From assembly GCA_018003035.1 (NCBI GenBank), contig JAGNEX010000008.1, forward strand, positions 10,167 through 74,166: a DNA stretch of 64,000 nt. The letters are read 5' to 3'. Source of the DNA: Acidimicrobiia bacterium. GTDB taxonomy: Bacteria > Actinomycetota > Acidimicrobiia > IMCC26256 > JAGNEX01. Positions 43,591 through 53,399 of this stretch are shown piece after piece. The translations under genes were made by a program, and so were the position numbers. Every line of letters begins with the position of its first letter. Positions within the stretch are counted from its first letter, which is position 1. The notes under the pieces are model-generated. The model made no database searches. It saw nothing but the letters and a program-made list of their open reading frames with translations, and was not told the origin of the DNA.

Positions 43591-43778
43591 GACTTTCCCC
43601 CTCCAACCCGGAAAGTTTCTGCTTCTGGTGTGGATGGGGCCCTTGAGGCGCGTCAGACGCCGTGTACGGATTCAACGCGGGCTGCTTTCGCTAGGAACCC
43701 CTCTCAGCACTGTTCGGCGGAACCAATCCGCGCCTGAACGAACCCAACCTGGTCGCTGGTCGAGAGGTTTGGCTCTGG

Positions 43779-45059
43779 TTAGGGCGTACCCCGAAAGCGA
43801 TCCGCCCACTCGTAGCTAGCGTCGATCGTCCGCTGCACTTCGATGGCTCCATGCGCGAGCGACGGAAACAGCACTTCATAGGCACTCGGCGCAACGTAGA
43901 TGTCGTTGTCGAGCAAGTAGTGGAACCACGACGCATAAGCCGCCTCGTCGGTACCACGTGCGTCGTCATAGTTCGTGACCGGCTGATCCGTGAACGCCAC
44001 GCCCACCATCGTTGAGACCCTAGGGACCCAAGCGGAGATTTCGTTCTCTTCGAACACTTCGATAAGTCCCCGCTGAAGCTGCGCAGCACGCTCCTCGAGG
44101 GCGTTGTAGATCCCCTCGTTTACTGCCTCGAGAACGGCGAGACCTGCCGCCGTGGCGAGAGGGTTTCCCGACAGCGTGCCCGCTTGATACACGGCTCCAA
44201 CAGGAGCCAGGTTCTCCATTAATGCCTGTGCCCCTCCAACAGCAGCCAGAGGCAATCCACCACCGATCACCTTGCCGAAGCACGACAGATCGGGTGTGAT
44301 CCCAAGCAATCCTTGGGCCCCCTGAACGCCCAGCCGGAAGCCGGTCATCACCTCGTCGAAAATCAGCAATGCGTCGTGTGCCGAGGTGATCTCGCGGAGG
44401 CCTTGGAGAAAGCCGTCGACGGGCGCGACAAGCCCCATGTTCCCCGCGACGGGTTCAACGATGACGCCGGCAATCTCAGAGCCGTGCAGGGCGAACGCCT
44501 CGTGAACAGCAGCCAGGTCGTTGTAGCCCAGAACGATGGTGTCGGAAACGGCCGCCGGGGGAATCCCTGCAGAGGAAGGAATGCCAAGGGTCGCGAGCCC
44601 GCTCCCGGCGCTTGCGAGGAGGGCATCGACATGGCCGTGGTAGCACCCAGCAAACTTGATGATCTTGTTGCGTCCCGTGGCGCCCCGAGCGAGGCGGACC
44701 GCGGTCATCGTTGCTTCGGTTCCTGAGTTGACCAACCGAACCATGTCGATCGACGGTATGAGTTCGCAGATTCGTTCGGCCAAGACGATCTCGCGCTCAG
44801 TCGGCGCTCCGAACGAAGTTCCCTCGGCTGCGGCTCGGGTCACCGCCTCGACAACCATCGGAGGTGCGTGACCAAACAACGACGCTCCCCACGACTGCAC
44901 GTAGTCCAGAAGGAAGCGTCCCTCGCTGGTGATGAGAAAGGCGCCTTGAGCGGACTTCACAAAGAAGGGATCCCCGCCGACCCCCTTGAACGCTCGGACA
45001 GGCGAATTGACACCGCCGGGAATCACCGACTGCGCTCGTTCAAAAAGGTCCACTGTCAC
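43779..45059 (-). CDS. hemL: Glutamate-1-semialdehyde 2,1-aminomutase
   Basis: N-terminal FERAQSVIPGGVNSPVRAF and a PLP-lysine region FGKVIGGGLP. Confidence 0.95.
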   Translation of the reverse strand: MTVDLFERAQSVIPGGVNSPVRAFKGVGGDPFFVKSAQGAFLITSEGRFLLDYVQSWGASLFGHAPPMVVEAVTRAAAEGTSFGAPTEREIVLAERICELIPSIDMVRLVNSGTEATMTAVRLARGATGRNKIIKFAGCYHGHVDALLASAGSGLATLGIPSSAGIPPAAVSDTIVLGYNDLAAVHEAFALHGSEIAGVIVEPVAGNMGLVAPVDGFLQGLREITSAHDALLIFDEVMTGFRLGVQGAQGLLGITPDLSCFGKVIGGGLPLAAVGGAQALMENLAPVGAVYQAGTLSGNPLATAAGLAVLEAVNEGIYNALEERAAQLQRGLIEVFEENEISAWVPRVSTMVGVAFTDQPVTNYDDARGTDEAAYASWFHYLLDNDIYVAPSAYEVLFPSLAHGAIEVQRTIDASYEWADRFRGTP

Positions 45060-45118
45060 ATCCTTCGCTAAGAACTATGGCCGATAGCGCCAGCCGAGTT
45101 GCGTGCCCAAGTCCGCGG

Positions 45119-46102
45119 CTAGGCGCGGTCGTGGATGCGCTGTGACGCAGCAATCGCCGCGTAGGTAAGTATGAAATCGGCTCCGGCACGACGGATGGAC
45201 AGCAAGTGCTCGTCCATCACTCGGTCGCCGTCGATCCAGCCGTTTGTCCCTGCCGCCATCACCATGGCGTACTCGCCACTGACGTGGTAGGCGCCAACGG
45301 GAACGTCGACTCCAGAGCGGACGTCCGACAGGACGTCTAGATACGAGAGCGCTGGCTTGACCATCACCATGTCCGCCCCTTCCGCAATGTCGAGCGAAAC
45401 TTCGAGGGCGGCTTCGCGGCGCATCGAAGGGTCCATCTGGTACGCCGCCCGATCTCCAAAAGAGGGCGCACACTCTGCGGCATCTCTGAACGGGCCGTAG
45501 AGGGCTGAGGCATATTTGGCGGCGTAGGCAAGGATCGGAATCTCGGCATGGCCGGTCTCATCGAGTGCCGCACGAATAGCGCCAACCTGCCCGTCCATCA
45601 TCCCGGACGGAGCAATGACGTGGGCGCCCGCGTGAGCCTGGGCGATCGCAGTCAATTGATAGCGCTCGAGAGTGGCGTCGTTGTCGACTCGACCGTCGCT
45701 GGTCAGGATTCCGCAGTGGCCGTGATCGGTGAACTCATCTAAACAGGTGTCAGCCATGATCACGATGTCGTCACCAAAGCGCGACCGCAGAGCGCCGAGC
45801 GCTCGTTGGACGATGCCGTCATGCGCATCGGCCTGGCTACCTTCAGGATCCTTGTCCTTGGGGACACCAAACACGATGACGGACCTAACCCCAACCGATA
45901 TGGCTGATCGAACCGTATCTAGCATCGACTCCAACGTGTGTTGGTAGACGCCCGGAAGTGACGCGATCGGCTCAGGACGGTCGAGTGACTCCTTGACGAA
46001 AAGGGGCAGCACAAAGTTCCGTGGTCGCAGTTCGACCTCCGCGACCAGGCTGCGAAACGCGACGCTCGAGCGAAGTCGACGAGGACGGTGATCGGGAAAC
46101 AT
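45119..46102 (-). CDS. hemB: Porphobilinogen synthase (delta-aminolevulinate dehydratase)
   Basis: Has RPRRLR.., PLFV, and the active-site regions MVMVKPALSYLD and YHVSGEYAM. Confidence 0.95.
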   Translation of the reverse strand: MFPDHRPRRLRSSVAFRSLVAEVELRPRNFVLPLFVKESLDRPEPIASLPGVYQHTLESMLDTVRSAISVGVRSVIVFGVPKDKDPEGSQADAHDGIVQRALGALRSRFGDDIVIMADTCLDEFTDHGHCGILTSDGRVDNDATLERYQLTAIAQAHAGAHVIAPSGMMDGQVGAIRAALDETGHAEIPILAYAAKYASALYGPFRDAAECAPSFGDRAAYQMDPSMRREAALEVSLDIAEGADMVMVKPALSYLDVLSDVRSGVDVPVGAYHVSGEYAMVMAAGTNGWIDGDRVMDEHLLSIRRAGADFILTYAAIAASQRIHDRA

Positions 46103-46113
46103 GTTGGGTGATC

Positions 46114-47631
46114 CTAGTGATCGCCCGGTTCGTCACCGCATAGGGCAGCGAGAAGGGCCGCCGCGTCTGGCCGTGCCGCGACCGCATCGACAGAAAAACC
46201 TGCAGAGCTCGCTGCTTGTTCGGTGCTGTTACCGAGCGCGACCACGCGCACATCGGGGCTCAGCACTTCGCTAGGGCGACGGCCGTGGATTAGGCGCCAG
46301 CCATCGGCCAGGGAGCGCGCGACCGAGCCCGAAGTAAGGATCAAGGCGTCGAGTTCGTTTGGTTCCCTTAGCGTCGCACACCAGTCTGTTGGTGGAACCG
46401 AAACCGTGGTGTAAGCGGCAACCTCAAGAACTGTCCGCTCCGCACTGCGGAGGACCTCCACGATCTCAGGTGCGCCTCGTTCGGCCCGGGGAAGACAGAT
46501 CACCGTCGAGGGTTCGGTCACTTCGACCAGTGCCTCACCGAGCGACCTGCCAGAAGTTGCTGGCGGGATCAGGTCGGCCCGGAGCCCGTAGCTACGCAAC
46601 GCGCCTGCTGTCTTGTCTCCAATGCAAGCGATCTGTGTGCCAGCGAGAGCTCGTGTGTCCTGACCGTGCGCGAACACGGCAGCCTCGAGGAAAGCTTGGA
46701 CACCTCGAGCGCTCGTAAAGGCCAACCAATCGGCTGACCCGTCGTAGACGGGAAGCTCGCGTGCCTCGATGCGGGTCACCGGGGATACAAGCACGTCCGC
46801 ACCGAGTGACCGAAGCTCGTCGGCCAGCTGCCCATCTCCACCAGCTGGACGGGGGAGCCCGACTCGATAGCCGAACAGCGGGCGCCGATCGAACCACGGA
46901 GTCGCCTCGTCGACCACCGGACCGATGACGATGACCGCTGGCGAACGCACGCCCACGACGCTGCCTGGCGCGGTCGATTCGGCGAGTGATGACGCCAGTT
47001 CACCCAGCCGCCATTTGAGTACCGACTGGCCTGGGCGGGTCGCCCACATCACCGCGGCGACCGGGGTGTCCGGGGCCATGCCCCCCTCGAGGAGCCCAAA
47101 TACGATTGACCCGAGCTGCCGAACGCCCATAAGGACGACGAGCGTGCCGCCGTGGGCACCCAATGCAACCCAGTCCAAAGCGGGCGCGGACACAAAACGA
47201 TGACCGGTGACCACGGTGACCATTGGGCTGATCGACCGGTGGGTGACGGGAATTCCGGCATAGGCAGGCGCCGCAAAGGCGGAAGAAATACCGGGCACCA
47301 GCTCAAAGTCGATACCGGCTTCGGCGAGCGCTTGCGCTTCCTCCGCGCCACGTCCGAAGACAAACGGGTCGCCACCTTTGAGTCGAACGATCCGTCCCCC
47401 CTGCAAGCCGTGGTGGACCAACATGTCGTTGATCTGCTCCTGGGGTGTGGTCAGCCCATCGGGGTTCTTGCCCACGTAGATCCGACGGGCGCTCTCCGGC
47501 GCCAGGTCGAGGATCTCCGCGGGGACCAGCCGGTCGTAGATCAGCACGTCGCAGGACTCCAGCCTTTCCCGGGCTCGGAGAGTGAGGAGGCCAATGTCTC
47601 CGGGGCCGGCCCCGATCAGCGAAACGGTCAC
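46114..47631 (-). CDS. Bifunctional uroporphyrinogen-III C-methyltransferase / uroporphyrinogen-III synthase
   Basis: The N-terminal half is CobA-like (LIGAGPGDIGLLTLRA..VLIYDRLV..VVRLKGGDPFVFGRG). The C-terminal ~250 aa are HemD-like. Confidence 0.9.
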   Translation of the reverse strand: MTVSLIGAGPGDIGLLTLRARERLESCDVLIYDRLVPAEILDLAPESARRIYVGKNPDGLTTPQEQINDMLVHHGLQGGRIVRLKGGDPFVFGRGAEEAQALAEAGIDFELVPGISSAFAAPAYAGIPVTHRSISPMVTVVTGHRFVSAPALDWVALGAHGGTLVVLMGVRQLGSIVFGLLEGGMAPDTPVAAVMWATRPGQSVLKWRLGELASSLAESTAPGSVVGVRSPAVIVIGPVVDEATPWFDRRPLFGYRVGLPRPAGGDGQLADELRSLGADVLVSPVTRIEARELPVYDGSADWLAFTSARGVQAFLEAAVFAHGQDTRALAGTQIACIGDKTAGALRSYGLRADLIPPATSGRSLGEALVEVTEPSTVICLPRAERGAPEIVEVLRSAERTVLEVAAYTTVSVPPTDWCATLREPNELDALILTSGSVARSLADGWRLIHGRRPSEVLSPDVRVVALGNSTEQAASSAGFSVDAVAARPDAAALLAALCGDEPGDH

Positions 47632-48509
47632 GACGGCACGTCCTTCCCGAGCGCTTCGGCAAGCGCGGCGGTAAGGCGTTGCGAGAGTTCGGCGCCGAGC
47701 TCGCTACTGGTGCTTCCGCAGACCGTTGCTCGCACAACGGCCCCGCTGTCAAGGTCGCCCAAAAACCCGCTGAGTTGAAGTTGGTCCCCAGCCGCGGCTT
47801 GTGCGAAGGCGCCAAGCGGAAACTCGCACCCGCCTCCCATCGCCTGGAGCATGGCTCGTTCCGCTTCGACCGTTTGACGAATGATCGGCACGTCGATCTG
47901 TTCAATCGACGCGACAGTGGCTCCGTCGTCAGAGCGGCACTCCACGGCCAGAGCGCCTTGACCGACCTGGGGAACCATCTGGTTGAGGTCGAAGGTTTGA
48001 GTGAGCTCATCACCCCAACCGAGGCGCCGGAACGCAGCGGTCCCCACGACGATGGCGTCAACCTGCGCAACCTTTGCCCGACGTGTGGCCATGTTGCCGC
48101 GGAGCTCTACAAAGGTGAGATCAGGTCGGAGGTGTCGCAACTGCAGTCGGCGGCGAACCGAACCGGTGGCGACCGTCCCGCCAAGGGGAATCTGATCGAG
48201 CTGACAGCCGACGAGTGAGTCCCACGGGGAGTCCCTGAACGGGTAGGCCGCAATCGTCAGACCCGCTGGGCCAGCGCCGGGAAGATCCTTTGCTGAGTGG
48301 ACAGCCACATCTGCCTGCCCGTCCAGCACACAGGCCTGCACTTCGGTGACGAACAGGCCGGTGCCGCCGATTTCGTGAAGTGGGGACACGCTGTCGCGAT
48401 CGCCGAGGGTCGACACGATCACCAGCTCGTACTCGCCACCAAGTCGCTCACCCACCCAGTGGGCCTGCCAACGTGCAAGGTCGCTACCTCGGGTCGCAAT
48501 CCGAATCAT
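47628..48509 (-). CDS. hemC: Hydroxymethylbilane synthase (porphobilinogen deaminase)
   Basis: MIRIATRGSDLARWQA, SAKDLP and RGNMATR motifs. Overlaps the next gene by 4 nt. Confidence 0.93.
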   Translation of the reverse strand: MIRIATRGSDLARWQAHWVGERLGGEYELVIVSTLGDRDSVSPLHEIGGTGLFVTEVQACVLDGQADVAVHSAKDLPGAGPAGLTIAAYPFRDSPWDSLVGCQLDQIPLGGTVATGSVRRRLQLRHLRPDLTFVELRGNMATRRAKVAQVDAIVVGTAAFRRLGWGDELTQTFDLNQMVPQVGQGALAVECRSDDGATVASIEQIDVPIIRQTVEAERAMLQAMGGGCEFPLGAFAQAAAGDQLQLSGFLGDLDSGAVVRATVCGSTSSELGAELSQRLTAALAEALGKDVPS

Positions 48510-48649
48510 GGGTGGCGTCGTTTCTCTCTGGAACGCGGATCGGCGAGAGGACTGCTGGTTGACCGATGACGAGAGGCCTCAAACAAAGTGTCGGCCGGCG
48601 GCGGCCCCGTCGACAGAGGTCGCCCGGTGACTGACCGAAACGCTAGTTC

Positions 48650-49909
48650 TTACAGCTCGTACAAACGGGCGACCAGGTCCGTGGTCAGAGGGCCATCCGA
48701 CTGATAGGCCGACATTTTGAGCGCCATCGTGGGCTGGTGTAGAAGCTTGTTGACCAGGCTCTTCGTGACGGCCTCGATCAGTTCTTGAGCCTCTGGGTCC
48801 ACGGCGTCGATCCGACTCTTGTAGCGAGCGAGTTCGTCGACGCGCACTTGTTCGACCCGGCGCCGTAACTCTGCGATCAAGGGGGCGACCTCGCGGTGCG
48901 CTCGCTCGTTGCGTGCCCGCTCTACTTCCTCGTCGACGATCTCGAGGACCCGGGACGCTTCGATTCGGCGCTGGTCGAGCGACGATTCGACGAAGGTCTT
49001 GCAGTCCTCCATGTCCATCCGAGTCACACCGGGGACGCGCCCGGCGTCGGGGGCGACATCGCGGGGCATGGCGAGGTCGATGATCAAAAGCGGCCGACCG
49101 GGCCGGCGGGACATGATCATCTCCAAGTCGTCACGGTCGAGCATGACGTGGTCAGCACCAGTCGATGTGAGTAGAACGTCGGCGGCGTGGAGTGCGTCGG
49201 GCAAATCTTCTATAGGTCGGTGCCTGCCGCCGACCTGAGTCGCAAGGTCTGCGGCGGCCCGAGGCGAGCGGTTGACGACGACGACATCGTGAACGCCGCT
49301 CGCTGCCATCGCTGTTGCCATGCGCATCCCGATCTCGCCGGCTCCGAGCAAGACGACGGTCTTGTCGCTCAGCTTGCCGAGGGTTTCGGCGGCCAGCGCC
49401 ACGGCCACCGAGGACAGCGAAGCAAACCCCTCGCCGATCTTCGTCTCTGAACGTGCTCTGCGACCCACCTCTTGGGCGTGTCGGAACAGCCGACCGAGTT
49501 GGTGGCGTGCCGCGCCAGCTTCTTGCGCTCGAAGAGCGGCGCTTCGGACCTGCCCCAAAATCTCGGTTTCGCCCAACACGATTGACAACGTGCCGGCCGC
49601 TACCTGGAAGAGGTGTTGGGCAGCCGTGTCGTCGTGATAGGTGTACAAGTGCTCGGACAACGTCTCGCGGTCGAGTTCTGACCATTCACACAGAAAGTCG
49701 GTGACCTCGTCGACAGCGTCGTGGAAGCGGGTCGCCTGCACGTAGCACTCGGTGCGATTGCATGTGGCGAGCACGACGGTCTCGCTGATGTGTGGCTTGA
49801 GCGAGAGCTGGTGGAGGGCCTTTTCTAGGTCGGCACTCGGGATCGATGTGCGCTCCAAGATGGCGAGCGGCGCTGTTCGGTGGCTCACGCCGACAACCAA
49901 AAGCGACAT
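48650..49909 (-). CDS. hemA: Glutamyl-tRNA reductase
   Basis: Start at MSLLVVGVSHRTAPL with AGGAAGG upstream. Has the catalytic LATCNRTE and NADPH-binding LLGAGEIG. Confidence 0.93.
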   Translation of the reverse strand: MSLLVVGVSHRTAPLAILERTSIPSADLEKALHQLSLKPHISETVVLATCNRTECYVQATRFHDAVDEVTDFLCEWSELDRETLSEHLYTYHDDTAAQHLFQVAAGTLSIVLGETEILGQVRSAALRAQEAGAARHQLGRLFRHAQEVGRRARSETKIGEGFASLSSVAVALAAETLGKLSDKTVVLLGAGEIGMRMATAMAASGVHDVVVVNRSPRAAADLATQVGGRHRPIEDLPDALHAADVLLTSTGADHVMLDRDDLEMIMSRRPGRPLLIIDLAMPRDVAPDAGRVPGVTRMDMEDCKTFVESSLDQRRIEASRVLEIVDEEVERARNERAHREVAPLIAELRRRVEQVRVDELARYKSRIDAVDPEAQELIEAVTKSLVNKLLHQPTMALKMSAYQSDGPLTTDLVARLYEL

Positions 49910-50196
49910 GGCTTGCCTTCCTATATTGCGTACTGACCTTGACGCTGCCACGAGAGGATCGTTGCCAGGGTGCCTTGTGGTCGTGCACCGCTGCGCGAGT
50001 CGCCCGACGGGTGCGTAACCGTTTGCGTACCTGCAATCTTCCCGGTCCGGACCATGGTCACCGCCCGAACCGAGGCTGAAGGACCGAGGCCCGGGAACTT
50101 GACCGAAGTTGTGAGGCAACCTGATGAAGTGCCCGCTTGCGTGGGAGTTCTGATTGCAAAAACGCAGTCGTCATGGTCTCGCATCGGAGCGGGCCG

Positions 50197-51300
50197 ATGC
50201 CAAACGCACGGTCGATAATTCCCGATCCGCTGCCCTACTGTGATGCCGTGCACGCGCCAGGTTTGCTCACTGACTACGGATGGGACGCCGACTGGGCGCT
50301 GCGCGCCAACGCCGCGATCACGGGTGAGCCCGCGCTGGCATCTGGCGACCCGGCCGATGGCGACGAGGTGTGTGTTGGGAGCGTCGGGTTCAGGGGTCAC
50401 ACCGTGGGCCGGGTGACCCGCCAAGATCGTGGCTGGGTGTCGGTCATCACCGACGACGGCCCGGTTCGAGTGCTGAGCAACGAAGCGGTAGCTGGCGACT
50501 GGGTGTTCTGCGATGCAGACCAGGTGACCCATCTGCTGGCACGCAAGTCTGCCCTGGTCAGACACTCAGAACGGCGCGTCGACGACAACCAGGTGCTCGC
50601 CGCAAACATGGACTACGTCTCGATCGTGGTGGGGCTGGACAAGGCGGTCAACGCCCGCCGTTTGGAGCGCTTCTTGGTGATGGCTTGGGAGTCAGACGCC
50701 GAGCCCCTGGTCGTGCTGAATAAGGCTGATGTCGTCGATGACATCGACCAGGTCGTCGATCAAGTTCTCAAGCTTTCGCCCGATGTCGATGTGATACCGG
50801 TCAGCGCCGAACGAGGTAGCGGTCTGGAAGGGCTCCGGCAGCGTCTCGACGGATCGCACAAGACGATGGCACTGGTCGGCGAGAGTGGCGTCGGCAAGTC
50901 GACCATCTGTAATTCGCTGCTCGGTTCCGAGATCCAATCGACCCAATCGGTGCGGATAGGTGACTCCAAAGGCCGGCATACCACCACCACCCGCGAGCTG
51001 TTGCTTCTGCCATTCGGTGGCGTACTGCTCGACACTCCCGGGGTCAGATCGGTGGGTCTGTGGGGAGCGTCGGTCGGTGTCGAACGGGCTTTCTCGGACC
51101 TGTTCGGCTTATCCGAAGACTGCAAGTTCCGAGACTGCTCCCACGACGGAGCGCCGGAATGCGCAGTCGCTGCTGCCGTCGCTGCAGGCGACATAGCGGC
51201 GGAGCGGGTGGATGCCTGGGGTCGGATCGTAAGCGAGATGGATGCTGCGGCTCAACGATTCGGGGCCTGGGACCAACGCCCCCAGCGCCGTCCCCGCTGA
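50197..51300 (+). CDS. rsgA: Ribosome small subunit-dependent GTPase A
   Basis: Circularly permuted GTPase (VLNKAD, then LVGESGVGKST, then DTPG) with a C-terminal zinc knuckle, F.DCSH....C. The start is uncertain between 50137 and 50197. Confidence 0.88.
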   Translation: MPNARSIIPDPLPYCDAVHAPGLLTDYGWDADWALRANAAITGEPALASGDPADGDEVCVGSVGFRGHTVGRVTRQDRGWVSVITDDGPVRVLSNEAVAGDWVFCDADQVTHLLARKSALVRHSERRVDDNQVLAANMDYVSIVVGLDKAVNARRLERFLVMAWESDAEPLVVLNKADVVDDIDQVVDQVLKLSPDVDVIPVSAERGSGLEGLRQRLDGSHKTMALVGESGVGKSTICNSLLGSEIQSTQSVRIGDSKGRHTTTTRELLLLPFGGVLLDTPGVRSVGLWGASVGVERAFSDLFGLSEDCKFRDCSHDGAPECAVAAAVAAGDIAAERVDAWGRIVSEMDAAAQRFGAWDQRPQRRPR

Positions 51301-51316
51301 ACTCCTCTGTGCGCAG

Positions 51317-51940
51317 CTAGTCCAGGCCCAGGCGGGCCCGCAATAGCGCGGCCCCAGCTTGCGGTCCGTCGGCGCGAATGTCGCGAATGACCTCATCGTC
51401 AAGGGCCGCCGCCCAATCGAACTGTTCGGTGGATTCTTTGGCCGTGTGAATCTCGGCCCGCAAGCCAGAGACGACATCGACGAGCTGACCGTATGCAGGG
51501 TCAATCACTTCGCCAATTCGCTTGCGAACCCATGTTGCGACCGCCGGGGCGTGGCCTTCGGTTCCCACCGAAACCTGAAGGTTCCCCCGCCGCAAGATCG
51601 ACAGAAGCGTGACGCTGCAGTGTGTCGGGTCGTCGGCGCTGTTCACCCAAGTTCTTTGTGCTTCGCCAAATTCGAACACCCAGCCGTCGACGGCGGGTTC
51701 TCCGGTGGCGGTGATGATCAGCCAGGCATCGACCAAATCGGCCTCCGTAACCTGCTGCCGCCTCCACGTGACCAGTCCTTCTGCCGCCCATCTTTCAACC
51801 TGGTCGGTCGCCTCGGGGGCAACCACCCTCACAAGGGCGTTCTGATCGAGGAACTGCTGGATCTTGCGCGTAGCGATGCGACCGCCGCCGACCACGACCA
51901 CCAAACGTTCTGCGACCTGAAGATCAACCGGCATACCCAT
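51317..51940 (-). CDS. Precorrin-2 dehydrogenase / sirohydrochlorin ferrochelatase family protein (siroheme synthase N-terminal-domain type)
   Basis: Rossmann motif VVVGGGRIATRKIQQFL. The ~200-aa size fits SirC/Met8/CysG-N. Confidence 0.8.
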   Translation of the reverse strand: MGMPVDLQVAERLVVVVGGGRIATRKIQQFLDQNALVRVVAPEATDQVERWAAEGLVTWRRQQVTEADLVDAWLIITATGEPAVDGWVFEFGEAQRTWVNSADDPTHCSVTLLSILRRGNLQVSVGTEGHAPAVATWVRKRIGEVIDPAYGQLVDVVSGLRAEIHTAKESTEQFDWAAALDDEVIRDIRADGPQAGAALLRARLGLD

Positions 51941-52053
51941 GGGGCAAGGCTACAGATGGTCGACCTGGTGGGGGGGTCCCAGCCGCTGGCGATTAGGAGG
52001 CCCCGAGATCAAATTGCGGCCGCCGGCGGCAGGGACCGCAGCCAATCGTGAGG

Positions 52054-52797
52054 TTATGGGGTGGCTTCGTCAGATTCTGAGCCGTCAAGATCAACGCGGC
52101 CGTGATGCTGGTAAAAGCTCAGGATCTGCAGTTCGGTAGCCAGATCGGCTTTGCGGACGAGCACGCCATCTGGGACGTCCAGGATGGCAGGCGCCAGGTT
52201 CATGATCGAGATCACGCCAGCTTCGACGAGAAGGTCAGCCACTTTCTGGGCGGCTTCGGCGGGGGTGGCCAGAATCGAGATACGGATATTGCGTTCGGCG
52301 ACGATGGTGCCGAGGTCGTCAACCGATTCGATCGTCAGGTTGCCGACCATCGTTCCGATCTTGGCGGGGTCGCTGTCGACCAAAGCGCTGATCTCGAAGT
52401 CGTTCGAGCGGAACCCCTCGTACTGGGACAGTGCTCGGCCCAGGTTGCCGGCACCGACCACGATGACCCGCCACGTCTGATTAAGTCCGAGTTCGTCTCG
52501 GATCAAACGGAGCAGTTGGGGCACCTCATAACCAACGCCTCGGGTCCCATAGGACCCGAGGCGCGAAAGATCTTTTCTCACCTGCGCCGCGCTCACATGT
52601 GCGAGTTCGGCGAGCCGTTCTGACGAAACCGTCGTCGTTCGATCTGCAGCCACTGTCAACAGCGACCGGTAGTACAGGGGCAACCGAGAAACCGTGGCCT
52701 CTGGAATCCGCCGGGTCGTTTGGGCGTTTCCGTTCGTCCGACCTGCGGCCGAAGGCTCTGCTGTGGGTCCAGACCTCGATGACGATTGTTCAGGCAC
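52054..52797 (-). CDS. rex: Redox-sensing transcriptional repressor Rex
   Basis: Has IPEATVSRLPLYYRSL and the NADH-binding VVGAGNLGRAL. The GTG start lies 3 nt after the stop of the upstream cupredoxin gene. Confidence 0.92.
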   Translation of the reverse strand: MPEQSSSRSGPTAEPSAAGRTNGNAQTTRRIPEATVSRLPLYYRSLLTVAADRTTTVSSERLAELAHVSAAQVRKDLSRLGSYGTRGVGYEVPQLLRLIRDELGLNQTWRVIVVGAGNLGRALSQYEGFRSNDFEISALVDSDPAKIGTMVGNLTIESVDDLGTIVAERNIRISILATPAEAAQKVADLLVEAGVISIMNLAPAILDVPDGVLVRKADLATELQILSFYQHHGRVDLDGSESDEATP

Positions 52798-52800
52798 GGG

Positions 52801-53172
52801 CTACTCGACGGTGATGGTCCCCTTCATGTCGGGGTGAAGCAGGCAAGTGAACTCAACCGTACCCGCTTCGTCCAGCTCGACCTTGTATGTGGTGCGCAGA
52901 CGGTTGCCAGAGTCTTCGAACTCGCCGTTGACCGCGTGGATGTTGTGCGGCGTCTGACCGTCGTCAAAGTTGAAGGTCACCGAGCCACCCTTGGCAATCG
53001 TCACCTCGTCGGGGTCAAAGCTCTGGTCCTTAATGACGATCTCGGCACTTTCTGCTGCTTTGGCATCTTCGGACGATTTGTCTGACTTGTCGTCTGAGCT
53101 GTCATCTGACGAGCACCCAAACAGGGTCAGCGAGGTAATGGCCAATAGGGCCAGAAAGCGGCGTACCTTCAT
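52801..53172 (-). CDS. Cupredoxin-fold (plastocyanin/amicyanin-like) lipoprotein
   Basis: Start at MKVRRFLALLAITSLTLFGC (lipobox). Type-1 copper ligand pattern H..(CLLHPDM). Confidence 0.8.
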   Translation of the reverse strand: MKVRRFLALLAITSLTLFGCSSDDSSDDKSDKSSEDAKAAESAEIVIKDQSFDPDEVTIAKGGSVTFNFDDGQTPHNIHAVNGEFEDSGNRLRTTYKVELDEAGTVEFTCLLHPDMKGTITVE

Positions 53173-53399
53173 TTTCAGAACTCCAAATGTGGATGGTCGA
53201 AGCCAGCGGGAACTGGGCACACCAATGTTACGGAAGCCGCGCTGCTTGGCGTTCTGTATTTTTCTGACCACGTTCGGGGCGTAACGCGATCTCCGTGGTC
53301 GGATTTGCGTGCTGAAACGCCCGTTGGCGCCGGTGTCGGGTGTGGCCGATCAACACAACAGCGTGCCGATCCAGCGGCCGAGCGGCGGTGGAGCGCTCG

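Noticed and set aside
53173-53399. Search for Rex operators (TTGTGAA-N4-TTCACAA-like) upstream of cupredoxin-rex, hemA (49910-50196) and the cyt b operon (37559-37865)
   Set aside because: I found only weak partial dyads (for example GCGT-N8-ACGC near 53308) and none close to the consensus. No site is reported.
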